Below are positions 1 to 9,688 of a stretch of DNA of 64,000 bases, one piece after another. The stretch lies in IMG/VR virus record IMGVR_UViG_3300025679_000005, one strand, 5' to 3'. Position 1 is the first letter of the stretch, and each line of letters opens with the position of its first letter. The position numbers were made by a program, and so were the translations under genes. The DNA comes from a virus (lineage: Duplodnaviria > Caudoviricetes). The notes under the pieces were generated by a model, which was given only the letters and a program-made list of their open reading frames with translations, did not search any database and had not been told where the DNA came from.

Positions 1-17
1 GGACTCTGGCCAAGCTA

Positions 18-695
18 GTGATTGAGGCCGCAGAAAAAGGGGCTGAGCTAATTACTTGCCCCGAGATGGCTCTCTCCGGATATGGCTACATGTCTACCGC
101 TGAGGCAGACCCCTACGCAGAGGTCATCTCCAATTACATGCGTGAGGGAGTCGCGCCACCCAGGTCCATGGAGGTCATGGGAGCAATCGCTAGGAAACAT
201 CAGGTAGCGATTGCTTGGGGTGTGATGGAAAAAGACTACGTGACCGGAGCCCTTCACAACAGTCAAGTCTTGATGCTTCCCAACCAAACGTATGTAACTA
301 CGCGAAAATTAAACGGATTTTCCAACGACCACCTCTGGTTTACACCGGGAACTGCTAGTCCTCCCATCATTGACTTTTTGGGGAAGCGCATAGGGTTGTT
401 GATCTGTCGAGACATCCGCAACAAAGCTGACAAGTTCACCGACCTCTACGAGCCTGGTGATGCCGACATCGTCTGCTTCTCCTCCAACTTTGGGGACGGC
501 GGGTTCCCCAGCAATTCTTGGCTGGACTTCGCCAAGGAAAACAAGGTCTGGTTGGCCGTTTCAAATCGCTACGGCCTCGAAGTTCCGAATAATTTCGGTG
601 AAGGCGGGATCTGTGTGATCTCTCCCAGTGGCAAAGTCTACTGTGAGGGTCTTGTCTGGAGCCAATCCTGCATTGTCTACGCTGACGTACCCTGA
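18..695 (+). CDS. Carbon-nitrogen hydrolase (nitrilase superfamily); may be 5'-truncated by the window edge
   Basis: Glu-Lys-Cys triad motifs: ITCPEMALSGY, TRK, LLICRD. Confidence 0.8.
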   Translation: MIEAAEKGAELITCPEMALSGYGYMSTAEADPYAEVISNYMREGVAPPRSMEVMGAIARKHQVAIAWGVMEKDYVTGALHNSQVLMLPNQTYVTTRKLNGFSNDHLWFTPGTASPPIIDFLGKRIGLLICRDIRNKADKFTDLYEPGDADIVCFSSNFGDGGFPSNSWLDFAKENKVWLAVSNRYGLEVPNNFGEGGICVISPSGKVYCEGLVWSQSCIVYADVP

Positions 696-699
696 GATC

Positions 700-1173
700 T
701 CAGACCCTGGCCAATACAGCTCGGACCAAGCGCATCATCGCCAATCCAGCAACATCGGTATCTGAGGTCGCCCGTTCGCTGACCATGTGCATGAGGTCGA
801 TACCCCCGGTCACTTTCATCGGAGTATAGCCAAAGAAGAGCGCGGCCTTTCCGTTGCGGATGGAAACGCCCATATTGAACGCATCCAGGGGCTGACGTGG
901 GGCAAAGTAGTAGAATATCCTACCCTTGCTTTCGGTAGCCGTCATGTAGTAGCGATCCCCTTGATGCCGAAACAGCTGTTCCAGTATCTTGGGGAGGAAC
1001 AGGTTGACGGATTCCTGGGCTTCTTGGAGTTCGAACCCGTCCTCGGAATCGAGGGCATAGGCCGTACGGCCTTCAAAGAAGAATTGCAGGACTTCTTTGG
1101 GGATTGGGGACCCGCCTTCGGAGGCCTTCTTGAAAGCCCAGGCAGCGGCGACGCGGCGTGTTAGCGGATCCAT
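700..1173 (-). CDS. Hypothetical protein (probable start MDPLTRRVAAAW at 1173)
   Basis: Open frame, divergent from clpX; no recognised family motif. Confidence 0.55.
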   Translation of the reverse strand: MDPLTRRVAAAWAFKKASEGGSPIPKEVLQFFFEGRTAYALDSEDGFELQEAQESVNLFLPKILEQLFRHQGDRYYMTATESKGRIFYYFAPRQPLDAFNMGVSIRNGKAALFFGYTPMKVTGGIDLMHMVSERATSDTDVAGLAMMRLVRAVLARV

Positions 1174-1223
1174 CACCAAGGACGGGGTGAGAAAAGGAAT
1201 TTCGGTGTAGGATCCTGGAACCA

Positions 1224-2474
1224 ATGAGAAGCTGTAGCCTCTGCCAACGTCCTGAGAACGAAGTCAAACAGCTAGTCGAGATGACTGGTGGTGCTTGTAT
1301 TTGCAACAGGTGCGTTGCCACAGCCGCTGGTTTGATAGGTGCATCTCCTAAGCAAAAGAAGGAGGAGGATGCTCCTCTGCTCAAGCCCAAAGAGATCCAC
1401 GCTGCCCTAAGTGACTACGTGATAGGGCAGGAACACGCCAAAAAGGATATCTCCGTCGCCATATACAACCACTACAAGCGCCGCGAGGCCTTGAAGCATG
1501 GGATAAACTTCGAGGTTGAGATTCAAAAGAGCAACATCTTGATCTTGGGCCCTACAGGTAGCGGCAAGACCGAGCTGGCGCGGACCATCGCCAAGAAGCT
1601 GAAAGTGCCTTTGTTCGTGGGAGACGCCACAAAGCTGACTTCGTCGGGCTACGTGGGGGATGATGTTGAGTCATTGCTCCAGGGTCTAATGACCACTTGT
1701 GGCAATGACGTGGAAAAGGCTGAATGGGGCATCGTCTTCCTGGACGAGGTGGACAAGATCGCTCGTAAGTCCGGTAAATCAGACTCTGGGTTCCGAGACG
1801 TGTCTGGGGAGGCTGTCCAGCAGGCGCTCCTGAAGATGCTCGAAGGTAACCAGGTCTCTGTTCCCCGAGCGGGCAAGTCAGGTATGGGTGGGGAATACGA
1901 CATCCTCGACACCAGCAACATCCTCTTCATCTGCGCCGGCTCCTTTGCAGGAATCGAAGAATCTGTCAATCGCCGTAAGAACAGCGGGGCATCCCTGGGA
2001 TTTGGTGGCCAATCCAGGACAAAGTTCACGGGAACGGACATCTACATGGCCGTGGAAGAGGACGACATCCTGGACTTCGGGATCATTCCGGAGATGCTGG
2101 GTCGCATTCCCGTGCGAACGACGACTGTACTCCTGACTGAGGACGAGATGGTGCGGATTCTCACAGAGCCTAAGAATGCCCTAATCAAGCAATTCCAGGC
2201 CCTCTTTGAGATGGACGGGATCGACCTGCAATTCGACGAGGAAGCCCTTAAAGCGATTGGCCGGGAAGCTATCAAACGGCCAACGGGGGCTAGAGCCCTA
2301 CGAAGCATTGTCGAACGAATCCTCAAACCTTATGCCTACGACTCTCCCAGCGACCCCTCAATCAAGGGTATCAGGGTCACCAAGGAAGTGGTGGAGGGGA
2401 CGGGAACGGCCGCTATTTTGACGGAATCCTCGGAGCAATCTGAAGTTCTTACGGTATTGACCGCGTCGATTTGA
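1224..2474 (+). CDS. clpX: ATP-dependent Clp protease ATP-binding subunit ClpX
   Basis: N-terminal C4 zinc finger (CSLC...CNRC), Walker A GPTGSGKT, Walker B FLDEVDK, RDVSGEAVQQALLK, LGF loop, TGARALRSI. Confidence 0.95.
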   Translation: MRSCSLCQRPENEVKQLVEMTGGACICNRCVATAAGLIGASPKQKKEEDAPLLKPKEIHAALSDYVIGQEHAKKDISVAIYNHYKRREALKHGINFEVEIQKSNILILGPTGSGKTELARTIAKKLKVPLFVGDATKLTSSGYVGDDVESLLQGLMTTCGNDVEKAEWGIVFLDEVDKIARKSGKSDSGFRDVSGEAVQQALLKMLEGNQVSVPRAGKSGMGGEYDILDTSNILFICAGSFAGIEESVNRRKNSGASLGFGGQSRTKFTGTDIYMAVEEDDILDFGIIPEMLGRIPVRTTTVLLTEDEMVRILTEPKNALIKQFQALFEMDGIDLQFDEEALKAIGREAIKRPTGARALRSIVERILKPYAYDSPSDPSIKGIRVTKEVVEGTGTAAILTESSEQSEVLTVLTASI

Positions 2475-2492
2475 CGGGCTATATGGGTTCTT

Positions 2493-2513
2493 ATTGCTCA
2501 GTACGCTGAGACA
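2493..2513. promoter_or_regulatory. 21-bp repeated element ATTGCTCAGTACGCTGAGACA (copy 1)
   Basis: Identical to 7592-7612; internal hairpin CTCAG-TACG-CTGAG; intergenic. Confidence 0.55.
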
Positions 2514-2544
2514 CTTATTGGGTACACTTAGGCAGGGAGCCCAC

Positions 2545-2682
2545 ATGAGCCTGACCGCCAAGATCGTAGCCCGACACAAGGAAGACCCCAAGCAGCTGTC
2601 CAACGTCACTTGGAGCAACTTCACTGACTGGCTGAACAAGAACAAGATCGGCTACGACATGCAGTTCTCCTCCTGGCATTGA
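2545..2682 (+). CDS. Small hypothetical protein (MSLTAKIVARH...)
   Basis: ATG at 2545 preceded by GGGAG; 45 aa. Confidence 0.5.
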   Translation: MSLTAKIVARHKEDPKQLSNVTWSNFTDWLNKNKIGYDMQFSSWH

Positions 2683-2686
2683 GACA

Positions 2687-4036
2687 ATGACTGCCCCCAC
2701 GCGCCTAGTAGCTCGATATCGTTTTGCGTTCGAGCACGCTACCGAGAAGGAGATGAACCACTATCTTCATCTCCATCCTCACGCGGACCCGAAGAACCAT
2801 GTCGTGAAGAAGAACGATGAATCTGGGTCTGCGGAGGAAGACGAGCACGGGGGCCATGGCGAGCACGAGGAGAAGGAAGAGACAGCCGTCTCCAACAAGC
2901 AGAAGGTGAAGAACGTCTTCAAGGGCTTGTCAGACAAGGCTAAGGCGCTCGTAAAGAATGCCCCAGCTGTGGTCCAGAAGTTCGTAGTCGACGCAGAGCA
3001 CCGTGAGAAGGTGATGATGGACGCGGCTAAGTCCGTCTTGAGGTCACCCAAGGGCTATGCTCGGAACTTGGTGAATGTGGCCAAGGAGGTCCACGAGTTC
3101 AAAGAGGCGGGGCTTGCCATCAAGGACGTGATCTCGGGTAAGAAACTCAACGATCACCAGAAGAAAGCTGTGAAGAAGGTCGCCATCCATATGGCGATCA
3201 CAGCAGCAGCTGCGGCCATCTCGACCACAGGGATCTTTGCTGGGGCCGCCTTCATGGGCAAGGCCATGGCCAAAAAGATCGCGATGAAAGCGGCTCTGAA
3301 GGCCATGGAGAAGGTCCACATCCTAGGTGAACTTCACCATATCAGCCATGAAGCTATCCATGGTATCGTCGAGCTGATGGACAAGTTTGCAGCTGAGGAA
3401 GAAACCGGTGACGAAGAGCTGACTCCTGAAGAAGCCCTGGCCGCGTTGGTGATGAAGTGTATCACAGATGCCTTGGCTGAGTTCAACGAAGAGGACATTG
3501 GAGAAGCCCTGGAAGACGCCTCGGAAGAGAAGCAGAAGCTGTCTTGGAAGCGGACGACGGCCACCTCTAGTGACCTGCCCAAGTTGTTAACCGAAGCAGC
3601 GACGGCCATTCGAGAAGTGCAGGCAGTGCTGACACATTTCGATCGGTTGATGGTACTTTCCAGGCACAATGCAAGTCAGACGGGCCTATCAGAGGATCGT
3701 GTGTGGCAGACATCCTGGGTCAAGTACTTCACTGGGATCGAGCACCCTCTGACCATTCTTGAGCGTGTATCGGACTCTTTGGATGACATCTACTTGGATG
3801 TCCCAGCACAGGCGGACGTGGCCAACGATGCTAGAGGAGCGCTGATTCTCCCTCGTAAGGCTTTGGTTACCTACGCCATTTCGGATATTGATTTCTCCCC
3901 CAACCCGGACACAGGTCGGGAGGGGATCTCCTACAGTGTTCCAGTACTCAGGGAGTGGTCGAAAGCTCTAGAGGTCTGGGCCAAGTCGTCCCTTACCAAG
4001 ATCTCGGGGTTGGCTCGAATCAGTACTCGCTGGTGA
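2687..4036 (+). CDS. Hypothetical protein, charged/helical, possibly virion-associated
   Basis: 449-aa ORF; N-terminal RLVARY motif; no family recognised. Confidence 0.65.
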   Translation: MTAPTRLVARYRFAFEHATEKEMNHYLHLHPHADPKNHVVKKNDESGSAEEDEHGGHGEHEEKEETAVSNKQKVKNVFKGLSDKAKALVKNAPAVVQKFVVDAEHREKVMMDAAKSVLRSPKGYARNLVNVAKEVHEFKEAGLAIKDVISGKKLNDHQKKAVKKVAIHMAITAAAAAISTTGIFAGAAFMGKAMAKKIAMKAALKAMEKVHILGELHHISHEAIHGIVELMDKFAAEEETGDEELTPEEALAALVMKCITDALAEFNEEDIGEALEDASEEKQKLSWKRTTATSSDLPKLLTEAATAIREVQAVLTHFDRLMVLSRHNASQTGLSEDRVWQTSWVKYFTGIEHPLTILERVSDSLDDIYLDVPAQADVANDARGALILPRKALVTYAISDIDFSPNPDTGREGISYSVPVLREWSKALEVWAKSSLTKISGLARISTRW

Positions 4037-4061
4037 GGGGCCCCTGGTGTAGGATCAAGGG

Positions 4062-4904
4062 GTGAACCTGATCCGCAGCGGTAAAGTCGAGAACCTCCCC
4101 TATTCGTTGTCTAGGTGGACGGATGTCCCTGGAAGTGCGAACAAATGGTCTTGGTTTCTCCAACAGATGAAGCAGGGCTGGATGACAGCCTTCGACCAAC
4201 GCACTTCTATACCCCAGAAGTGGAGTCTCAAGCCTGAGGACACCTTGGGGTTGATGTTCTGGACGAAGAACGCTACCAACCTCCTCAACCATCGGGAGCT
4301 GTTCAAGCCCTACAACGTGAAGGTGCACGTCACTGTCACGGGGTGGGAAGAGGTCGAGAAGGGGGCCCCGGGTATTCTAGAGGGGGCGACCCTTCTTCGG
4401 GATACGGCCCGAGCCTTTGGGCGTGAGAACGTGACCTGGAGATTCTCGCCCGTACCCATCCTGGAGAGTGTGGCCCTGAGGTTCAAGGCCATTGCCTCAG
4501 TGGCAGCTGAGGCCGGCGTACAATCGGCCTACCTGTCGTTCCTACAACCCAATGACTTGGTGCCTGAGACCCGGTCTGAAAGCGATCGTAAAGCCCTCCT
4601 GCATAGCCTATCTGACATTGCCAAGGGCTATGGGATAGAGGTCCGGCTCTGCAATGAGGACTCCCTATTGACGGGGGAGCAGGACTATCCGAACCTGTCC
4701 TCTGGAGTCTGCGCAAAACCAGAGGATTTTGCCCTATCCTCACGGGATATGCCCCCGGCTGAGGGCTGTGGCTGCGTGATGGCTGTGGATCCGTTCACAC
4801 TGAATGAGTCGTGCAACTACGGATGTGCCTACTGTTACGCCTCCGACAAGAGCCTAACACCCAAGAAGCGTAATACTACTCGCAGCCTCCCTGTGGTAAG
4901 ATAG
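4062..4904 (+). CDS. DUF1848-like protein (radical-SAM-related, C-terminal Cys cluster)
   Basis: FWTKN, WRFSPV, C-terminal CGC...SCNYGCAYCYA. Confidence 0.7.
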   Translation: MNLIRSGKVENLPYSLSRWTDVPGSANKWSWFLQQMKQGWMTAFDQRTSIPQKWSLKPEDTLGLMFWTKNATNLLNHRELFKPYNVKVHVTVTGWEEVEKGAPGILEGATLLRDTARAFGRENVTWRFSPVPILESVALRFKAIASVAAEAGVQSAYLSFLQPNDLVPETRSESDRKALLHSLSDIAKGYGIEVRLCNEDSLLTGEQDYPNLSSGVCAKPEDFALSSRDMPPAEGCGCVMAVDPFTLNESCNYGCAYCYASDKSLTPKKRNTTRSLPVVR

Positions 4905-4908
4905 GGCC

Positions 4909-5169
4909 ATGAAGCCCCCTCCTTTGGAAGACTCTGAGGATTTCACCGCAGAAGAAGCGGAGTACGCCATCCCCGCGGCTACCTCGCAGTTCGTTCTGGC
5001 ATCGGCAGGCGAGGTAGCAGAGGCCCTACCCGGTAGGTCTATCCGGTACGAACTCCGTCGTCGCCGGCCTCACATGTACTGCCGGACTCTGATAGGGACT
5101 CCGGGAAACCCGGATAAAGTCTTGGTTTTTCGCCTTGATTGGCTAAAGGAGATCCCAGATGGCGTGTGA
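4909..5169 (+). CDS. Hypothetical protein
   Basis: ORF in a tightly packed co-directional run. Confidence 0.5.
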   Translation: MKPPPLEDSEDFTAEEAEYAIPAATSQFVLASAGEVAEALPGRSIRYELRRRRPHMYCRTLIGTPGNPDKVLVFRLDWLKEIPDGV

Positions 5170-5593
5170 AAATCCTAGTTGTTCATGTAGCGGCAGCTGC
5201 ACAGAGAAGTTCCACGATACCTGTGGGTGCACTATTGACGGCGTGCAGGTAGTTAGTCCTGACCAACTGTACGAATTTCAGGGTGGGTCCGCTTGCAATC
5301 TCGACCGCAAGAACAACGTGTGGGTTGAGGGTCCCGTGGACTCGAACGGCGTTGGAGGCATCTGTTTGCTGGACACTCTGTGTGAGCAACAGATCGTCGA
5401 TGTCCTTCAACGAGACGACCGGGCTAGAGCGGATCTAGTGCGGGTCACGACCCACCCTCGTCTATTGGAACTGGCAGCAACTGTGCCACATCTTCCGAAG
5501 ACCAACGACGGGGACACTCTCCAGAAGGAGATGAATGCGGGAACGATCCCGTTTTACACTCAATTCCGCGGACAGCCGCCCTTCTCCCAATGA
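5159..5593 (+). CDS. Cys-rich hypothetical protein
   Basis: ORF overlapping its neighbours by a few nt. Confidence 0.55.
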   Translation: MACENPSCSCSGSCTEKFHDTCGCTIDGVQVVSPDQLYEFQGGSACNLDRKNNVWVEGPVDSNGVGGICLLDTLCEQQIVDVLQRDDRARADLVRVTTHPRLLELAATVPHLPKTNDGDTLQKEMNAGTIPFYTQFRGQPPFSQ

Positions 5594-5931
5594 GCAGCTT
5601 CGGACGTAAGGCCCAGCGAAAGAATCGCCCCAAATCTGCCGGCGCTTCGACGCAGTTAACGAAAGCGATTGAGGCTCTTGGGCAGATCCAAGCTCTGGGA
5701 AACCTAGGAGATCTTGCCCCACTAGTCGAGGAGACACACCGTTTGGTGGTGTTGGCCTCGGAAGACGTTCAGAACGTTTCCCGAGAGCTGGCTCATCATC
5801 GAGCGGTGCTGGAGATTTTGGCCAAGGGGAATGGGGAGGCGATCCAGTTGCTCAGCTTCAACGATGACGACGAACTGCCTCAGGTCCCTCAGCTTGAAAT
5901 TGTAGACGTGAGGCATCGTGACCGAACATGA
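5590..5931 (+). CDS. Hypothetical protein
   Basis: ATGA-coupled to the upstream ORF. Confidence 0.55.
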   Translation: MSSFGRKAQRKNRPKSAGASTQLTKAIEALGQIQALGNLGDLAPLVEETHRLVVLASEDVQNVSRELAHHRAVLEILAKGNGEAIQLLSFNDDDELPQVPQLEIVDVRHRDRT

Positions 5932-6445
5932 AGACCCGCCTTTTGATTCCACAGACAGCTCGACGAGCCCCAACCTCCCCAATCGAATGGGAGAGGCTGA
6001 TGCAGGTGGTGCTCACAAGGGCGTCCGCGATCTCGGATCCTCGTCTGAGCATGTTGAAGGCGGCGATCCCTCAGGGCAAGACCGAGCAGGTGCTTCGTCA
6101 AATGGGGATCATCTGCGAAAACGACGTGCAGAGAGAGTTGCCACTCCCAACGACGTAGGCGTAATCGAAGATGCCTTGCTTGAGGCATTTAAGCAAGGCG
6201 ACCCCGAGGCTGCGTACCAGCTCGTTCGCGACCTGGCTGATCTGGCTCTTAGTTCAGTGGTAGATGCGGCAAAGGCCAGATTTAAGGCTAACTTTGGCTC
6301 TAAACGTTGTCTGAGCTGTGAGGGCTTGGAGGTCAGTCCTGGGGTTGTGGCGACCTGTGTTCAGGTGAATCAATGCTACTACACGAACTTCAAGCAGGGG
6401 GATCTGACACCGAAGCAGGCTCGCATCCTCCGTGTCCTGGGTTGA
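5918..6445 (+). CDS. Hypothetical protein
   Basis: ORF overlapping the upstream gene; C-terminal CxxC. Confidence 0.5.
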   Translation: MTEHEDPPFDSTDSSTSPNLPNRMGEADAGGAHKGVRDLGSSSEHVEGGDPSGQDRAGASSNGDHLRKRRAERVATPNDVGVIEDALLEAFKQGDPEAAYQLVRDLADLALSSVVDAAKARFKANFGSKRCLSCEGLEVSPGVVATCVQVNQCYYTNFKQGDLTPKQARILRVLG

Positions 6446-6532
6446 CCCTTGCATTGGTGTGAGCTAGGTGTTAGGTATATCAAGGGTGCTCTGCGAACCA
6501 CAGCACCCATATGTAAATCATAGGAGATAGAC

Positions 6533-7567
6533 ATGACGTTAGCGAAAGTGTTCCTGCAAATTGGGCAGGGCTTGGACGAAGAGATCGCCAAAGCCGGCCG
6601 TACTCTCAATGCTGCGATTGCTAGCAGCCTCAACAATCTGATGGCTAGCACCAGCCAGGGCCCCGCCAAGCGAGGTCTGAAGCCAAAGACAGCCATTGCT
6701 GCTCCAGTGCCACAACGGGCGAAGCCCAAGACGACGACGGCGGTAGCTGCTCCCAAAGCTCCCAAAGCTGTCAGCGCAGCCACTCGTGCCGCTGTTTCTA
6801 GGGGACGCCAAGCAGTCGTAAACGGGACTAGGCCGAAGGCAGTAGATGCTCTGGCCACGGTCATGGGCAATGCCACGATGAAGGCTGCGAGTATGGTGGC
6901 CGCCCTTGAGTCCCGTGGTTGGCTTCCAAACTCTGGCTCGCCACAGAACTACGTCAGCTATCTGCTCAGCTCAAACCCCGACATCTTTGAGCGGGTCAAT
7001 CGCGGCGAATACAGGGTCATCAAGGGTGCCAACCTGGGAAAAGCGCCAAAGACTGCTCCCAAGGCAGCAGCTCCGAAAGCAGTTGCCAAAACGGCCAAAG
7101 CTCCGAAAACCCAAAAGTTGGGTGCTAAGGCACCCAAAGCAGCCCCGGTGATTAACGCCGGAACAGTCCCGGGCGGAAAACGGCCGAAGGCGGTCGATGC
7201 TCTGGCCACGGTCATGGGCAATGCCACGATGAAGGCGGAGGATGTGGTCGCCGGCCTGGAGTCCCGTGGTTGGCTCCCCAATTCAGGAAAACCGCAGAAC
7301 TACGTCAGCTACCTGCTCAGTTCGAACCCCGACATCTTTGAGCGGGTCAATCGTGGTGAGTACAAGGTCATCAAGGACGCCAACCTGGGAAAAGCGGCAG
7401 GGGTCTCTAGCAGCGAAAACGGAAGCTCGGAGGCGGTAATTCCGGCTCCGAGCGCTTCCGTAGCTAGTGGCCCAGCCCCTCAAGAACTGGACGAAGACCT
7501 TGTTGACCTGCTTGGTGTGGGCCAAACCAGCGAAGTTGCTGGGAACCCCTACCACGCCAGAACCTGA
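6533..7567 (+). CDS. Putative DNA-binding protein with two winged-helix-like (HARE-HTH-like) repeats and Ala/Lys/Pro-rich linkers
   Basis: Two ~70-aa copies of VDALATVMGNATMKA...YVSYLLSSNPDIFERVNRGEY separated by PKAA/AKAPK-rich tracts. Confidence 0.6.
   Translation: MTLAKVFLQIGQGLDEEIAKAGRTLNAAIASSLNNLMASTSQGPAKRGLKPKTAIAAPVPQRAKPKTTTAVAAPKAPKAVSAATRAAVSRGRQAVVNGTRPKAVDALATVMGNATMKAASMVAALESRGWLPNSGSPQNYVSYLLSSNPDIFERVNRGEYRVIKGANLGKAPKTAPKAAAPKAVAKTAKAPKTQKLGAKAPKAAPVINAGTVPGGKRPKAVDALATVMGNATMKAEDVVAGLESRGWLPNSGKPQNYVSYLLSSNPDIFERVNRGEYKVIKDANLGKAAGVSSSENGSSEAVIPAPSASVASGPAPQELDEDLVDLLGVGQTSEVAGNPYHART
6831..7396 (+). repeat. Intragenic direct duplication, 215-nt copies at 6831-7045 and 7182-7396
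   Basis: Near-identical DNA; most differences are synonymous. Confidence 0.9.
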
Positions 7568-7591
7568 TAAATTGGGGATCTTTCAGATTCA

Positions 7592-7612
7592 ATTGCTCAG
7601 TACGCTGAGACA
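7592..7612. promoter_or_regulatory. 21-bp repeated element ATTGCTCAGTACGCTGAGACA (copy 2)
   Basis: Identical to 2493-2513; its last base is the A of the ATG at 7612. Confidence 0.55.
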
Positions 7613-7953
7613 TGGATGATCTCCTCTTTCGGACCACGGTAATGATCGCCAGACGGCTGCTCAAAAGCCGCCTCAGGCTGTTCTTGAGCCGGATCATGGA
7701 AAGTGGGCCGGATGGCGAAAACTGGAAACCCGTCATCACCTTCGAAGAAGGTGTAGAAGAGGAGGCCAAGCAAGCGTGGCGTAACGTCCGCGGGTGTTGG
7801 GCCACCTCTTCTACATCGAAGGCCATGCTGGAATTCGCTGCCAAGCAAGCCTACCGTCAAGCTAAGCTTGATGTTATCGACTTGTTCCAGGCAGAGGTGG
7901 ACGATAAGTGGCTGAAGTCTTCAATCCGCAGTTACCGCCCGACTCTGGAGTAA
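7612..7953 (+). CDS. Hypothetical protein
   Basis: 113-aa ORF. Confidence 0.55.
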   Translation: MDDLLFRTTVMIARRLLKSRLRLFLSRIMESGPDGENWKPVITFEEGVEEEAKQAWRNVRGCWATSSTSKAMLEFAAKQAYRQAKLDVIDLFQAEVDDKWLKSSIRSYRPTLE

Positions 7954-7955
7954 AA

Positions 7956-8462
7956 ATGGAAATAGGTGATGTCACGCTCTACCAGAATCAGTACTGGAAG
8001 CTGGTTACACGGAACACGAACTTCCGCACGTGCGTGATCACGGACTTTGACGGCAACAAAGTCGAGATCCCAGATGACCTAGACAAGTCCGACAAATTGG
8101 CTGTGCTATACAATCCGTCGAAGTCTTGGCCCTTCACTTCAGTCCCCGACAAAATCAAGGCAGGACCTCTTCGAAGAGTGTCTAGGGGTACAACGCTGCT
8201 ACGTCCCATGGTCGACTGGATGCCCAGCGACTTCCTGAGGTCAGGGGGAGCAATTTTCTTCAATCCCGCCCTACGGTTGAGCACGGGCGAGATCCTAGTG
8301 GCCACCCACCAAAGCGGGGCCCTAAGCCGAATCACTATTACCAAAGCCTTCGGTACAGTGAGGCGTAAGATAGCTAGGGCTGAGAATAGGAGCGCCCCTC
8401 CGAAAGAGCCCATGTCCGTCTACGACCGCCTTATGGCCGGCGACATCTTTGAGGACAAGTAA
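7956..8462 (+). CDS. Hypothetical protein (probable start MEIGDV)
   Basis: ATG 2 nt after the upstream stop; C-terminal SVYDRL motif. Confidence 0.6.
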   Translation: MEIGDVTLYQNQYWKLVTRNTNFRTCVITDFDGNKVEIPDDLDKSDKLAVLYNPSKSWPFTSVPDKIKAGPLRRVSRGTTLLRPMVDWMPSDFLRSGGAIFFNPALRLSTGEILVATHQSGALSRITITKAFGTVRRKIARAENRSAPPKEPMSVYDRLMAGDIFEDK

Positions 8463-9650
8463 TCAACCCCATCCCTAAAGGGCGGAGTTTTGCAGATCAA
8501 GTCCATGGCTCACAACCACTTCAACCCTGTCCGCGTTTGGCCTGATTACGGTGGCCCGGCTAGCAATTACGCTAGCCGCGTTGGCGTCGGCATCCGCGCT
8601 GTGCCCACATGCAAGACAAGCAAACAGATCGCGAGTCTTACGGTTGGCCTTCTCGATATGACCGCAAACGCGGCATTCCCGGGAAGTATTGCGAGGATCG
8701 ACAAAACAGACAGCAACCCCAGCACGCTTGGCTTTGTACCCGATCTTGCTTTGCAAGTCAGCGAAGGCCCAAGAGTGCAGAGAGCGTCGTTGCGACCTGG
8801 AAGCTCGGATCCGGGAGCGGATGCCATCGAGGTTTTCGATGGCTATACCGCGTCCGGTGCGTTCGGCAGCATCGACAATCTGTTTAGAAATAACATGATT
8901 CACATGCGAAGAAAATCGGGATTCTTTGCGACGACGCTTCTTGAGCAGCCGTTTAGCGCTTTTGGTGCCTTTCGTTTGGAGCTTTTTGCGCAACCGGAAT
9001 GCCCGTCCGCGGAGTGCATTAAGGTGTGTTCCGCTGAAATTCTGGCCGTCGCTAGTGGTAGCAATATTCACGATGCCAACGTCTACCCCGAGCCAGCCAA
9101 GCGTCTTATGCTCTTCGGTGTCAGGCACATCGACAGTGACAAACAGGTAGAATTTTCGGTCACGAAGGATGAGATCGGTTTCGCCACGCTCGTACTTGAG
9201 CAAGGCTCGCTGGTGGGTGCCACAAACGAACGGGATACGTTGACGGCCGTTGACTGTCCAGATATTGGTGGAATCTCCCCGCCACGACAGGATCCTAGCA
9301 TCGTACGAGATGGCCCCCAGCGGCCGGAACGTTCGACGACAGATTTTGTCGAGTTTGTAGGAGTCAGCGACCTTGGCGATGCATCGCACGACTACCTGCG
9401 AGGACATTCCTGGAAATTCAGAGCGAGCGTCGTGATAAGCGAGCTTATGGAGGGCGAATTGCCGGAAGATCTGTCCTTCCCAGGCGCGGTCGGAAATCCA
9501 GTTGCAAGCAGCATTAGCTCGACGGATCGTAGCCTCAAGCGCAGCAAATTGCTCAGCCGTCGGCTTGAGCTGAACTTGCACCACGAGCTTCATTTCACAA
9601 TGCTAGCAGTTTCTATACTTGAAGCAAGCCAAGCCGTAACAAGTCTGCGC
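8460..9650 (-). mobile_element. TnpB-only IS200/IS605 (IS1341-like) element; boundaries approximate
   Basis: tnpB with no tnpA; right-end-like hairpin CTCCGCCCTTTAGGGATGGGG immediately after the gene on the minus strand; codon style differs from flanking genes. Confidence 0.7.
8475..9593 (-). CDS. tnpB: RNA-guided endonuclease TnpB (IS200/IS605 family)
   Basis: N-terminal LKPTAEQ helix, RuvC-I LGVDVG, RuvC-II IAIENL, zinc finger CRVC...CLAC, RuvC-III ADANAA. Confidence 0.92.
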   Translation of the reverse strand: MKLVVQVQLKPTAEQFAALEATIRRANAACNWISDRAWEGQIFRQFALHKLAYHDARSEFPGMSSQVVVRCIAKVADSYKLDKICRRTFRPLGAISYDARILSWRGDSTNIWTVNGRQRIPFVCGTHQRALLKYERGETDLILRDRKFYLFVTVDVPDTEEHKTLGWLGVDVGIVNIATTSDGQNFSGTHLNALRGRAFRLRKKLQTKGTKSAKRLLKKRRRKESRFSSHVNHVISKQIVDAAERTGRGIAIENLDGIRSRIRASRSQRRSLHSWAFADLQSKIGYKAKRAGVAVCFVDPRNTSRECRVCGHIEKANRKTRDLFACLACGHSADADANAASVIASRATVIRPNADRVEVVVSHGLDLQNSAL

Positions 9651-9688
9651 TCCATCCCGAACGGTCGGGTTTCCGCCTTGGAGACGGT

